A stretch of DNA of 44,381 nt from Candidatus Limnocylindria bacterium. GTDB lineage: Bacteria > Chloroflexota > Limnocylindria > QHBO01. The stretch is from contig DASURX010000051.1 in the NCBI GenBank assembly GCA_036375355.1, positions 1 to 44,381 on the forward strand. The letters are read 5' to 3'. Below, one piece after another: positions 1 through 9,403 of the stretch. Made by a program: the position numbers and the translations under genes. The notes under the pieces were generated by a model. That model did not search any database and was not told where the DNA came from. It worked only from the letters and a program-made list of their open reading frames with translations. The first letter of the stretch is position 1. Every line of letters begins with the position of its first letter.

Positions 1-334
1 GGCCGGCTCGGGGGCAACCCCGGCCGCCGTGGACGGCGTGGAGCCGAGCATGGTCGTGGCGGAGCGCGTCCGGCGCGCCTGGGAGCGTCAGCTCGAGCGA
101 CAGGGGAGCGCCAACGGAGAGCTGCGCGTGGCTCCGCACGAGCCGATCCTCGGCGCGGCGCCCGGCGTGCTGGATCGCCTGGAACGCCGCGGTCGGCGCT
201 TCAAGCTGGCGCCGCGACGCCTGCATCGCGCCATGCGCATCGCCCGCACCATCGCCGATCTCGACGGCCGCGACGCGATCACCGGGCCCGACGTGGATGA
301 GGCGCTGCTGTACCGGCCGGAGCTGGCCGCATGA
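1..334 (+). CDS. YifB/ComM-type Mg-chelatase-like AAA+ protein, C-terminal end only (5' part lies outside the window)
   Basis: The frame is open from the window edge (same frame as ORF 29..334). The tail RLHRAMRIARTIADLDGRDAITGPDVDEALLYR resembles the conserved C-terminal region of YifB/ComM. Its stop overlaps the dprA start in ATGA (331-334). Confidence 0.75.
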   Translation, partial: AGSGATPAAVDGVEPSMVVAERVRRAWERQLERQGSANGELRVAPHEPILGAAPGVLDRLERRGRRFKLAPRRLHRAMRIARTIADLDGRDAITGPDVDEALLYRPELAA

Positions 335-1581
335 TCGGCGTGAGCGCCGCCGGTCCGCTCGGCGCAGACGCGGACGGCTTCCTGCCCGACGAGCGCGCGC
401 CGTTGCGCCTGCGCCCGTCCAGCGAACCCGCGCGAGAGCGGGTGTCGGACCTCCTCGATCCCGAGGAGGAGCGGCAGTACTGGATTGCGATCTCGCTGAT
501 CCCGGGTATCGGCCCGGTCTCCTTCACGCGCATCCTCGAGCGATTCGGCAGCGCCCGCGCAGCGTGGGTTGCGGGAACGGCCATGCTGTCGGGCCTTGCG
601 CGCCTGCCCGCGGAAGCGCCGGAAGCGCTCCATCGCCTGCGCCGACGGGGCGCGGCGGCCACAGCCGCCCGGGTCGAGCGCCGCACGCGCGCGGCTGGCG
701 GGCGCGTGGTCACCGCCATCGATGCGGATTACCCGCCTGCGCTGCGCGACGCCGTGCCAGCGCCTGCGGTGCTCTACCTCGCCGGCGATGCGGACGCCTT
801 TGCGCTGCCGGGAGTGGCCGTGGTGGGGACGCGCAGGGCGAGCGGCTACGGGCGTTCGTGCGCCAGCGAGATCGCCGATGAGCTCGCGCGCGCCGGCGCG
901 GCAGTGGTCTCGGGCCTGGCCCTGGGCATCGACGGCGAGGCGCATCAGGCGGCACTCGCCGCCGGCGGGCGCACCATCGCGGTCCTTCCCTCGCCGATCG
1001 ACCGCGTCTATCCGCCCCGGCACCGGACCCTGGCGCAGCGGATCGTGGCCTCGGGAGGAGCGCTCGTCAGCGAGCTGCCGCCGGGGCTCGTTCCCGGCCG
1101 CCCCGACTTCGCGCGACGCAACCGGATCATCGCCGGTCTCGCATCGGCCGTGGTCGTGGTCGAGGCTCCTGATCGATCCGGCGCGCTCCTGACCGCCGCT
1201 GCGGCCGTGCAGCTGGGCAGGGAGCTGTACGCCGTACCGGGACCGATCGACGCGCTCGCGTCGCGCGGCTGCAACCGGCTGATCGCCGACCAGCTGGCGA
1301 CGATCGTGACGTCGTCCGTGGGCCTGCTGGGCAGCATCGGCCTCGGACGCGTCGAGCGCCCGCTCAGCGTGGCCAACCTGTCGGACAACGAGGCGCTGGT
1401 GCTCGCGACGCTGCTCAAGCGGGTCGGGTCGGTCGAAGAGCTGATGACTCGCACGCAGCTGGCCACGTCCTCGCTCGCGAGCGCGCTCACACTCCTCGAG
1501 GCTCGGGGCCTGGTGACCTCCTACGGCGGCGCGACGTTCCATCCGACGCTCGTCGCGCGACGCCTCGGCTGGACGCCGTGA
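331..1581 (+). CDS. dprA: DNA-processing protein DprA (Smf)
   Basis: 416 aa. It has an HhH-like N-terminus (IPGIGPVSFTRILERFGS) and a Rossmann DprA core (VVGTRRASGYG, SGLALGIDGEAHQAAL, RNRIIAGL). A C-terminal winged-helix-like tail is also present. Confidence 0.93.
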   Translation: MIGVSAAGPLGADADGFLPDERAPLRLRPSSEPARERVSDLLDPEEERQYWIAISLIPGIGPVSFTRILERFGSARAAWVAGTAMLSGLARLPAEAPEALHRLRRRGAAATAARVERRTRAAGGRVVTAIDADYPPALRDAVPAPAVLYLAGDADAFALPGVAVVGTRRASGYGRSCASEIADELARAGAAVVSGLALGIDGEAHQAALAAGGRTIAVLPSPIDRVYPPRHRTLAQRIVASGGALVSELPPGLVPGRPDFARRNRIIAGLASAVVVVEAPDRSGALLTAAAAVQLGRELYAVPGPIDALASRGCNRLIADQLATIVTSSVGLLGSIGLGRVERPLSVANLSDNEALVLATLLKRVGSVEELMTRTQLATSSLASALTLLEARGLVTSYGGATFHPTLVARRLGWTP

Positions 1582-1626
1582 GGCGACCATGGTTCGCCGG
1601 CGCGACTCGACTGCGGCGATCCCGGC

Positions 1627-1632
1627 TATACT
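1627..1632 (+). promoter_or_regulatory. Candidate -10 hexamer TATACT upstream of the CAP-domain gene
   Basis: GGCTATACT lies 70 nt upstream of the start. The identical 9-mer GGCTATACT occurs upstream of dxs at 39105-39113. Confidence 0.3.
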
Positions 1633-1701
1633 GCGCGCGCCCAACAGGCTCTCCGACGTCGTGCCCGGCGATCGGTCCGCCTCGCAGGAGTCAACGGTCT
1701 A

Positions 1702-3327
1702 TTGCATTCGATCCGAACATTCCTGGCGGCCATGACCGCCAACCCCTCGGTCACCCAGCACCTTCGGAGCCGCCAGGCTCTGGCCAGGGTCGGTATCGCC
1801 ACCCTCGTCCTGGGGATCGCCTTTGCAAGCTCCCTGAGCGGAGCGTCAGCCAAGCCCACACCGGCACCGGTCCGGCCGATGTCGCTGCTGCCACAGAACG
1901 TCGGCGTCGGCATCCGGACGGTCGAGCCCGTCACCATCGCCTTCCCGGAGCCGATGGACACCGCGTCGGTCGTGGCCGACCTCGTGCTCCTGCCGCGGAC
2001 GCAGGTGAGCGTCGGCTGGAGCGCCGACGGGCGGACGGCCAAGATCTATCCGGTCGACCGCTGGCGGACCGATGCGCGCTACACGCTGACCGTTCCCGCC
2101 TCCGCGCGACTCGCCAGCGGCAAGGCCGCGGGCCAGCCGGTGCAGGTCAGCTTCACCACGGAGACGGCGCCGGTCATCAGCGACTTCCAGGTCCACTACG
2201 TCGGACAGACGGACGAGGACCGGATCCACGCCGTGCAGGCGCCGGCGACCGATGGGGCCGCGGCCACGACGCTCACCACGCCGGCAGACACCACCGCCGA
2301 CGTCAGCGCCAGGACCACGATCACGATCGGCTTCTCGAAGCCGATGGACCAGGCCGATGTCGAGAAGCACTTCCTGGTCACCCCGGCCGTGGACGGCGCC
2401 ATCGCGTGGGAGGGCAATGCACTGGTCTTCACCCCGTCCGAGCGTCTCAAGCCGAACGCCCGCTACGGGATCAGCCTGGTCGGCGCGCACGACAGCCAGG
2501 GCAACCGGCTGGGTGGTGACCTGGCCTTCTCGTTCACGACGCGGCCGGGCGCGCAGCTGGTCAAGGTCTCCCCCGCGAAGGGAGCCCGCGACGTGACCGA
2601 CACCACCGTGGCGCTCTGGTTCAGCCAGCCGATGGACCGCGACGCGACGACCGCGGCGCTGAAGGTGACCGACGCGACGACGAAGGCCGCCCTTGCCGGC
2701 AAGCCCTCGTGGAACGCGAATGGCACGCAGCTGAGCTTCGTCCTCGATGCCGCCCTCACGTTGGGGCACGCGTTCACGGTGGAGCTCGGCGACGGCGCGC
2801 GCGACGTGGACGGCAACGCGATCACGGCGAGCTGGTCCTACAGCAGCAAGGCGGCACCACGTCCGCGGGCGGCCGTGTCGCGGCCGACCACGCGCGCCGT
2901 CAGCGGGCCGCCGGCCCCGGCCGACGCACTGGCCTATGCCCTGTGGCAGATCAACCAGGACCGGGCAGCCTACGGCCTCGGCCCGCTGGTCCTGGACTCG
3001 GCGATCAGCGGAGTGGCATCGGGGCATGCCTGGGACCAGATGACGTACGGCTACTTCTCGCACACCGGCCGGGACGGTTCGCGCGTGAGCGACCGCCTGC
3101 GCGCCGCTGGGATCAGCTTCAGCTGGTCCGGCGAGAACATGTGCTACCTGAGCGGGCAGGGACTGACGGCCACGCTGAACTGGTGCAACAGCACGTTCAT
3201 GGCCGAGCCCTACCCGGGCTACGCGAACCACATCGGCAACATCCTGAGCACGCACTTCACGCGGGTCGGGGTGGGCATCGCGCAGAGCGGCGCGAAGATC
3301 ATCGTCGTCTGGGACTTCGCCGGCTGA
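1702..3327 (+). CDS. Secreted protein with three SbsA/Big_5-like Ig repeats and a C-terminal CAP/SCP (PR-1-like) domain
   Basis: TTG start with AGGAG 12 nt upstream; an alternative ATG lies at 1732. The signal-like segment is RVGIATLVLGIAFASSLSGASA. Three repeats carry the motif (I/L)xFSxPMD (IAFPEPMDTASV, IGFSKPMDQADV, LWFSQPMDRDAT). The C-terminus YGYFSHTGRDGS...WSGENM...GYANHIGNIL...FTRVGVG is typical of the CAP domain. Confidence 0.8.
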   Translation: MHSIRTFLAAMTANPSVTQHLRSRQALARVGIATLVLGIAFASSLSGASAKPTPAPVRPMSLLPQNVGVGIRTVEPVTIAFPEPMDTASVVADLVLLPRTQVSVGWSADGRTAKIYPVDRWRTDARYTLTVPASARLASGKAAGQPVQVSFTTETAPVISDFQVHYVGQTDEDRIHAVQAPATDGAAATTLTTPADTTADVSARTTITIGFSKPMDQADVEKHFLVTPAVDGAIAWEGNALVFTPSERLKPNARYGISLVGAHDSQGNRLGGDLAFSFTTRPGAQLVKVSPAKGARDVTDTTVALWFSQPMDRDATTAALKVTDATTKAALAGKPSWNANGTQLSFVLDAALTLGHAFTVELGDGARDVDGNAITASWSYSSKAAPRPRAAVSRPTTRAVSGPPAPADALAYALWQINQDRAAYGLGPLVLDSAISGVASGHAWDQMTYGYFSHTGRDGSRVSDRLRAAGISFSWSGENMCYLSGQGLTATLNWCNSTFMAEPYPGYANHIGNILSTHFTRVGVGIAQSGAKIIVVWDFAG

Positions 3328-3338
3328 GCGTGGTGGCG

Positions 3339-3366
3339 GGACCTCGCGCGAGCGCGCGCGAGGTCC
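3339..3366 (+). terminator. GC-rich hairpin after the CAP-domain gene (12-bp perfect stem, 4-nt loop, no U-tract)
   Basis: GGACCTCGCGCG-AGCG-CGCGCGAGGTCC begins 12 nt after the stop at 3327. Confidence 0.45.
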
Positions 3367-3398
3367 TCATCGGGCCATCCGGAAGCCCGGAAGGCCGG

Positions 3399-3407
3399 TG
3401 CTACACT
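3399..3407 (+). promoter_or_regulatory. Candidate extended -10 (TGcTACACT) for topA; near-leaderless
   Basis: TGnTAnnnT ends 9 nt before the topA ATG. No Shine-Dalgarno sequence lies between. Confidence 0.35.
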
Positions 3408-3416
3408 CCCTGACCG

Positions 3417-5675
3417 ATGCCCCCCAAGAAGAAGGCCGCGGGCGACCTCGTCATCGTCGAGTCGCCCGCCAAGGCGAAGACCATCGAACGCTACCTGGGC
3501 CCCGGGTACACCGTGCTGGCCTCGTACGGCCATGTCCGTGATTTGCCGCAGCGTGCCCTGGGAGTCGATGTCGACCACGACTTCGCGCTCCGCTACGAGC
3601 CGCTGAAGGAGCGCCGCCGCGAGCTGGAGAAGCTCGCCGACCAGGCGCGTCGGGCCGACCAGGTGTGGCTCGCCACCGACCTCGACCGGGAGGGTGAGTC
3701 GATCGCCTGGCACATCGCCGAATACGCGCACCTGCCCGAGGACCGCGTGCGGCGGGTGACCTTCAGCGAGATCACCCGGCCCGCCATCGAGCAGGCCTTC
3801 GCCAACCCGCGGAGCATCAACCAGGACCTGGTCAATGCCCAGCAGGCGCGTCGCGTGATCGACCGGCTGGTGGGCTACAAGCTGAGCCCGCTGGTGAGCA
3901 GCAAGATCCGGCGTGGTCTCTCCGCCGGCCGCGTGCAGAGCGTGGCGGTGCGCCTGGTCGTCGATCGCGAGCGAGAGATCGAGGCGTTCACGGCGGAGGA
4001 GTACTGGACCATCGCCGCCGAGCTGCGCCGGCAGGGCGTTGACGCGCGCTTCACCGCCGAGCTGACGCGCATCGACGGGGAGAAGGTGCGCATCGGCAGC
4101 GAGGCCGAGGCGCGCGAGCACGAGGAAACGCTGCGCACGGCGAGCTACCGCGTCAGCAAAGTCACCCGCACGCAGCAGAAGAAGGGGCCGCCGCCCCCGT
4201 TCACGACCAGCACGCTCCAGCAGGAGGCGTCGCGAAAGCTGGGCTTCGGCGCTCGCCGCACGATGAGCGTGGCGCAGAGCCTGTACGAGGGCGTGTCGCT
4301 GCCCGATGGCCAGGTCGGTCTCATCACCTACATGCGCACCGATTCGGTCGCCATGGCCTCCGGAGCGGTGGCCGATGCTCGCAAGCTGATCGCGGCGCGG
4401 CATGGCGACGCGTTCGTGCCGGAGCGGCCGAATGCCTACCGCACCCGCACCCGCGGGGCGCAGGAGGCGCACGAGGCGATCCGGCCGTCGAGCTTCGCGC
4501 GCACCCCCGATTCGGTGCGTGCGCACCTCAAGCCCGACGAGCTGCGCCTGTACGACCTGATCTGGCGCCGCGCGCTAGCCTCGCAGATGGCACCGGCGCG
4601 CTTCGACCAGGTCGGCGTCGACGTGGAAGCCGGCAGCTACACGCTGCATGCGGGCGCCCGGAAGCGGGTCTTCGACGGCTACCAGGCGCTCTACGTGGAG
4701 GGCCGCGACGACGAGGAGGACGAGCGCCTGGCGGTCCTGCCCGAGCTGGGCGAGGACGAGCCGCTCGACCTGGTCGGGGTGAGCTCCGAGCAGCACTTCA
4801 CGCAGCCGCCGCCGCGGTACACCGAGGCGACCCTGATCCGGGCGCTGGAGGAGCACGGCATCGGCCGGCCGTCGACCTACGCGCCGACGCTCGAGACCAT
4901 CCGTCAGCGCGGCTACGTGACGATCAAGGACCGGCGCCTCTTCCCGGAGGAATCGGCCTTCCGCGTCACCGATCTGCTCAAGGAGCACTTCCCGGAGATC
5001 GTCGACCTGCAGTTCACGGCGCGGATGGAAGACCAGCTGGACGAGGTCGCGCGCGGCGAGCACGAATGGGTGCCGATGGTTCGCGAGTTCTGGGTCCCGT
5101 TCAGCGAGCAGGTGTCGCGCGGCCGCGAGACGATCGAGAAGCAGGTCGAGCGCACGGACATCCCGTGCCCGATCTCCGGCGAGAAGGGCGACGTGCTGGT
5201 GAAGCGCTTCGGGCGCAACGGCTGGTTCTACGGCTGCTCGGGCTATCCGGAGTGCAAGTACACCCAGCCGCTGCCCGGCGAGGAGCCGGAGGCGCCCGCC
5301 GATCTCCCCGGCGTGGGCGAGGTCTGCCCGCTGTGCAACCAGGGCACGCTGGTGGCGAAGCGCGGCCGCTTCGGCCCGTTCGTCGGCTGCGACCGCTACC
5401 CGGAGTGCAGGTACATCAAGAAGGACGCGCAGCCGGCCGCGGAGCGCTTCGGCACCTGCCCCAAGTGCGGCAAGGGGACGGTCGTCACCAAGCGCGCCCG
5501 GCGCGGCCGCCGGCCGTTCTGGGGCTGCGATCGCTACCCCGACTGCGACTACGCCACCTGGACCAGGCCGGCGCCCGACGGACAGGCGCCCGGCGACGCC
5601 GAGCCGAGGCATGTCGAGCCGGGGGCGGCGAAGGATGGTGAGCCCGCGGTCGCCGCGGGCGCGACGCGTGACTGA
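3417..5675 (+). CDS. topA: DNA topoisomerase I with three C-terminal C4 zinc ribbons
   Basis: 752 aa. TOPRIM N-terminus [18 protein letters not shown] and active-site region [10 protein letters not shown]. Three CxxC...CxxC ribbons are present (CPISG...CSGYPEC, CPLC...CDRYPEC, CPKC...CDRYPDC). Confidence 0.97.
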   Translation: MPPKKKAAGDLVIVESPAKAKTIERYLGPGYTVLASYGHVRDLPQRALGVDVDHDFALRYEPLKERRRELEKLADQARRADQVWLATDLDREGESIAWHIAEYAHLPEDRVRRVTFSEITRPAIEQAFANPRSINQDLVNAQQARRVIDRLVGYKLSPLVSSKIRRGLSAGRVQSVAVRLVVDREREIEAFTAEEYWTIAAELRRQGVDARFTAELTRIDGEKVRIGSEAEAREHEETLRTASYRVSKVTRTQQKKGPPPPFTTSTLQQEASRKLGFGARRTMSVAQSLYEGVSLPDGQVGLITYMRTDSVAMASGAVADARKLIAARHGDAFVPERPNAYRTRTRGAQEAHEAIRPSSFARTPDSVRAHLKPDELRLYDLIWRRALASQMAPARFDQVGVDVEAGSYTLHAGARKRVFDGYQALYVEGRDDEEDERLAVLPELGEDEPLDLVGVSSEQHFTQPPPRYTEATLIRALEEHGIGRPSTYAPTLETIRQRGYVTIKDRRLFPEESAFRVTDLLKEHFPEIVDLQFTARMEDQLDEVARGEHEWVPMVREFWVPFSEQVSRGRETIEKQVERTDIPCPISGEKGDVLVKRFGRNGWFYGCSGYPECKYTQPLPGEEPEAPADLPGVGEVCPLCNQGTLVAKRGRFGPFVGCDRYPECRYIKKDAQPAAERFGTCPKCGKGTVVTKRARRGRRPFWGCDRYPDCDYATWTRPAPDGQAPGDAEPRHVEPGAAKDGEPAVAAGATRD

Positions 5676-6636
5676 CGAGCCGCTGGAGCGCTTCCTGTCA
5701 CACATGGCGGCCCGGAATGCGTCGCCACGCACGATCGTGGAGTACCGGCGCAACGCGGGCGAGTTCCTGGAGTTCCTGTCGCGGCGGGGCGTGGATTGGC
5801 GCACTCCGGATCGCGGCGCCGTGCGCGCGTACCTTGCCGGCCTGGCCGACCGCGGCCTGAGCGCCTCCTCCGTCGGCGGACGGCTGGCCGCCATTCGCAG
5901 CCTGTACCGGCACGCCACCCGCCAGGGCTGGATCGACGCCGATCCGCTGGCCGGCGTCCGCTCCCCACGCCGACCCGGGCGCCTGCCGCGAGTGCTGTCG
6001 GTCGAGGATGCCGCCCGGCTGGTAGAGGCGCCGGCCCGCGTCCCGCGCCGCACCCGGCGACGGGTGGATGCCGAGCTGGCCGATGCGCTCGCGCGCCGCG
6101 ATGCTGCCCTGCTGGAGCTGCTGTACGCCACCGGCATGCGCATCAGCGAGGCGGCCTCGCTGACTCTCGATCGCGTGGACGTCGGGCGCCGCCGCCTCCG
6201 CGTGGTGGGTAAGGGGTCCAAGGAACGCGAGCTGATCTTCGGGCACGCGGCGCAGTCGGCGCTGGAGGCCTACCTGCGCGCAGGACGGGCGACGCTCGCC
6301 GCGCACGCCGGCGCTCCCTCGCCGGCGGTGTTCCTGAACGCCAACGGTGGGCCGCTCTCCGCGCGCGGCGCCCGGCTGGTGGTAGACCGATGGGTCGAGG
6401 CCGCCGGCCTCGCCAACCGGACCTCGCCGCACACGCTGCGCCATTCGTTCGCCACCCACCTACTCGAGGGCGGCGCCGACCTGCGCAGCGTGCAGGAGCT
6501 GCTGGGCCACGCGAACCTGGCCACGACCCAGATCTACACCCACCTCTCCGACGCAGCTCTGCGCAGCGCCTACCGCACCGCCCACCCGCGCTCGCGGGAT
6601 ACCTCCCGCGCGGCGCGGACCGACGCGGAGCGGTGA
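5668..6636 (+). CDS. xerC: Tyrosine recombinase XerC/XerD family
   Basis: Core motifs: N-terminal SAM-like domain ([18 protein letters not shown]) and [39 protein letters not shown] chose the GTG at 5668, which overlaps topA by 8 nt. The in-frame ATG at 5611 would overlap topA by 65 nt and remains an alternative. Confidence 0.88.
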   Translation: MTDEPLERFLSHMAARNASPRTIVEYRRNAGEFLEFLSRRGVDWRTPDRGAVRAYLAGLADRGLSASSVGGRLAAIRSLYRHATRQGWIDADPLAGVRSPRRPGRLPRVLSVEDAARLVEAPARVPRRTRRRVDAELADALARRDAALLELLYATGMRISEAASLTLDRVDVGRRRLRVVGKGSKERELIFGHAAQSALEAYLRAGRATLAAHAGAPSPAVFLNANGGPLSARGARLVVDRWVEAAGLANRTSPHTLRHSFATHLLEGGADLRSVQELLGHANLATTQIYTHLSDAALRSAYRTAHPRSRDTSRAARTDAER

Positions 6637-8306
6637 GCGGCCCGCTGGAGGGGACCCCGCCGGTTCCGCCGGCGGATCCCGGTCCCCGGCTCGACGACGC
6701 TCCGCGGCGGGCGCAGGAGGAGGAGAGCCAGGCGCCATCGGTGGCGCGGGTGCTCGCCCAGGCCAGCCTGGTGCTCACCGTCGCGGCGCTGGCCAGCCGG
6801 CTGCTGGGATGGGTGCGCCTGCTGGTCATCGGCTCGCAGTTCGGTGCGACCAGGGAGCTGGATGCCTACTTCGCCGCCTTCCGCATCCCGGACGCGATCT
6901 TCCAGCTGGTGGTGGCCGGCGCGCTGTCGGCGGCGCTGATTCCCGTCTTCTCCGGCTACCGCGCCCGCGAGCAGGAGCGCGAGGCGTGGGCACTGGCCAG
7001 CAGCGTGATCAACCTGGTGGTCATCACCCTGGCCGCCCTGTCGCTGCTGATGGCCATCTTCGCGCCGATGCTGGTCCCGATCGTGGCGCCCGGCTTCGAC
7101 GCTCCCACCACGGAGCTGACGGTACGCATGACGCGGGTCATGCTGCTCAGCCCCGTGCTCATCGGCATGGGCGCGGTGGTGAGCGGGATCCTCAACTCCT
7201 ACGAGCGTTTCACGGTGCCCGCCTTGGCGCCGCTGGCCTACAACCTGGCCATCATCGCCGCCGCCATCGTGCTGGCGCCGCTGATGGGCGTGGAGGGCCT
7301 GGCCGTGGGCGTGGCGGTCGGCTCGCTGCTGCACCTGGCCATCCAGCTGCCGGCGCTCGGCCGGGTGGGACAACGCTACGACCTGACCATCGGCCTTTCG
7401 CACCCCGGCGTGCGCAAGGTGGCCTGGCTGATGGGGCCGCGAATGCTGGGCCTGGCGGCCGGCCAGCTGAACTTCATCGTCTCGACCGTGCTGGCTTCCG
7501 GCCTGCCGGAGGGCAGCATCACCGCCTACAACTACGCGTTCCAGCTCAGCCAGATCCCCGTCGGCGTCCTGGGCGTGAGCGTCGCCACCGCGCTCTTCCC
7601 GACGCTGAGCCGCGACGCGGCACTCGGCCGCGTGGGCGAGATCCGGCGCCAGGTGGCCAACAGCCTGCGCCTGCTCATCTTCCTGGCCGCGCCGCTGACG
7701 GCCACGATGGTCGTCCTGGCCGGGCCGATCGCATCGGTCTTCTTCCAGTACGGCCTCTTCAGCGAGCGCTCCGCGGAGCGCACCGCCGGGGCGCTCGTCT
7801 TCTTCGCCCTGGGCCTGGGCGGGCACATCGTGGTCGGCGTCCTGACCCGCGCCTTCTACGCCATGCAGGACACCCGCACGCCCGTGCTGTGGGCGGTGAT
7901 CGCGGTGGCCATCAACGTCCCCCTGATGGCCTGGCTGGTCGGACCGATGGGGGTGGAGGGGCTCGCGCTGGCCCTGTCCATCAGCGCCGTGCTGGAGGTG
8001 ATCGGCCTGGTCTGGGCGCTGCACCGTCGGATCGAGTCGGTGGAGGAGCGCGACGTGCTGCGCTCGGCGGGTCGCTCGCTGGTGGCAGCCGCCGCGGCCG
8101 CGCTGGTCATGCTCGGCGGGCTGACGCTCACCAACGCATGGCTGCCGGGAGTGCTGGACAACGGGCTCGGCCGCCTGGTTGCCGTTGCGGCCCTGGCCGC
8201 CGCCGGGTGGGCCCTGTACCTGCTGGTCGCCACGGCCCTGCGCGCGCCGGAGGTGGCACAGCTCCGCTCGCTGCTGTCGCGCCGGCGCCGGCGATCGGAA
8301 CCATGA
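6633..8306 (+). CDS. murJ: Lipid II flippase MurJ (MviN)
   Basis: Polytopic membrane protein with the MurJ N-terminal signature [33 protein letters not shown]. The GTG at 6633 overlaps the xerC stop (GTGA). An alternative GTG at 6741 lies after a GGAGGAGGAGAG run. The upstream part of ORF 6390.. is an out-of-frame shadow of xerC. Confidence 0.9.
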   Translation: MSGPLEGTPPVPPADPGPRLDDAPRRAQEEESQAPSVARVLAQASLVLTVAALASRLLGWVRLLVIGSQFGATRELDAYFAAFRIPDAIFQLVVAGALSAALIPVFSGYRAREQEREAWALASSVINLVVITLAALSLLMAIFAPMLVPIVAPGFDAPTTELTVRMTRVMLLSPVLIGMGAVVSGILNSYERFTVPALAPLAYNLAIIAAAIVLAPLMGVEGLAVGVAVGSLLHLAIQLPALGRVGQRYDLTIGLSHPGVRKVAWLMGPRMLGLAAGQLNFIVSTVLASGLPEGSITAYNYAFQLSQIPVGVLGVSVATALFPTLSRDAALGRVGEIRRQVANSLRLLIFLAAPLTATMVVLAGPIASVFFQYGLFSERSAERTAGALVFFALGLGGHIVVGVLTRAFYAMQDTRTPVLWAVIAVAINVPLMAWLVGPMGVEGLALALSISAVLEVIGLVWALHRRIESVEERDVLRSAGRSLVAAAAAALVMLGGLTLTNAWLPGVLDNGLGRLVAVAALAAAGWALYLLVATALRAPEVAQLRSLLSRRRRRSEP

Positions 8307-9403
8307 TCCGGCTCCGCCGGGCCGTCGACGCCGATCGCGAGGCGTGGCAGTCGTTCCTGGCCGTCACCGCCTCCGGCGACTTCCTGCACGACTGGGCCTG
8401 GGCCGATGTCGCTGCCTTCGACGGGCAGCCGCAGCTCCGCTGGATCGCGGAGGAAGGTGAGCGGTTGGTGGCCATCGTCGCGGCGCAGGTCAGGTCCCTG
8501 CCGCTCGGGCGCAGCTTCTGGTACGTGCCCCACGGCCCGGTGATGGACTACGCCCACCCCGCGGCGAACGAGCGGCTGCGGGCGCTGGCGATGGGGCTGC
8601 GCGAGATGGCGCGCCGCGAGCGCGTGATCGCCATCAAGCTCGAGCCGCGGCTGGAGCGCGGCGACCCGCAGGCTGCGGCCTTCGCGCGGCTCGTCCACGA
8701 CCCGCGCACGCTGCAGGTGGGGCAGACGCGCCTGGTCGAGCTGGGCGACGACGATGCGATGCTCGCGGCGCTCGACAAGGACACCCGCTACGCGGTGCGC
8801 CGCGCGGAGCGGGAAGGCGTGAGCGTGACCCGCACGACCGACGCCGCGGACCTGCGCGCCATCGACGAGCTGCACGCGCTCGTGCTCGAGACGCAGGCGC
8901 GCGCGGGCTTTCCGCGACCCGCGCTGCAGCGCTACCGGGTCGCCTGGCGCGGCCTGGCGGCCGCCGGCCGCGCGGCGATCTTCGAGGCGCGGCACGAGGG
9001 CAGGCTGCTGGCCAGCGGCATGCTGGTTCGCGAGGGAGACCGCTCGTTCTACCTGTTCGCCGGCTCGATCCGCGAGGAGCGCGGCGAGCCGAAGCGCTAC
9101 GCGTCGTACGCGCTCCAGTTTGCGATGATGCAGCACGCCCGCGATTCCGGGGCGCGGGTCCATGACCTGTGGGGCATCGCGCCCGAGGGCGCCGGTCCAG
9201 AGCATCCGTGGCACGGTGTCGGGCTCTTCAAGAAGGGCTTCGGCGGGCGGCCGGTGACGTGGGCCGGCACCTGGGACATCGTGGTGGACCCGGCGCTGTA
9301 CCGGCTGCGAGGCGTGCTGGCCGAGGGGCGAGCGGCGGTGCGATCGACCGGGGGCGCGGCACTGCGCACGGTCCGGCGGTGGACGACGGGGAGAAGCGGA
9401 TGA
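8303..9403 (+). CDS. FemAB-family aminoacyl-tRNA-dependent peptidoglycan bridge-forming transferase, paralogue 1
   Basis: 366 aa. The ATG overlaps the murJ stop (ATGA, 8303-8306). The sequence shows FemX-like features (DREAWQSFL...DFLHDWAWADV, WYVPHGPV, DKDTRYAVRRAEREGV, FYLFAGS...YASYALQFAMM, LFKKGFGG). It has no long coiled-coil insert. Confidence 0.85.
   Translation: MIRLRRAVDADREAWQSFLAVTASGDFLHDWAWADVAAFDGQPQLRWIAEEGERLVAIVAAQVRSLPLGRSFWYVPHGPVMDYAHPAANERLRALAMGLREMARRERVIAIKLEPRLERGDPQAAAFARLVHDPRTLQVGQTRLVELGDDDAMLAALDKDTRYAVRRAEREGVSVTRTTDAADLRAIDELHALVLETQARAGFPRPALQRYRVAWRGLAAAGRAAIFEARHEGRLLASGMLVREGDRSFYLFAGSIREERGEPKRYASYALQFAMMQHARDSGARVHDLWGIAPEGAGPEHPWHGVGLFKKGFGGRPVTWAGTWDIVVDPALYRLRGVLAEGRAAVRSTGGAALRTVRRWTTGRSG

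Noticed and set aside
88-1644. 518-aa minus-strand ORF covering the comM and dprA region
   Set aside because: It is antisense to two well-supported genes. Its composition is extremely rich in Arg, Ala, Gly and Pro, with no recognisable motifs. This is typical of shadow ORFs in high-GC DNA.
5611-6636. Tyrosine recombinase as a marker of an integrated mobile element
   Set aside because: It has XerC/XerD-type motifs and sits in the conserved topA-xerC housekeeping position. It is overlap-coupled to its neighbours. No att-like repeats, tRNA gene, phage genes or compositional shift are nearby.
6809-8302. N-terminal 498 codons of ORF 6809..9403, and similar long 5' extensions of the ORFs containing murE, fem2, aspS, the desulfurase gene, alaS, pepP and the bitopic protein
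   Set aside because: These are out-of-frame read-throughs of the upstream gene. The homology-like sequence begins only at an internal ATG or GTG that coincides with the upstream stop (ATGA/GTGA overlap).
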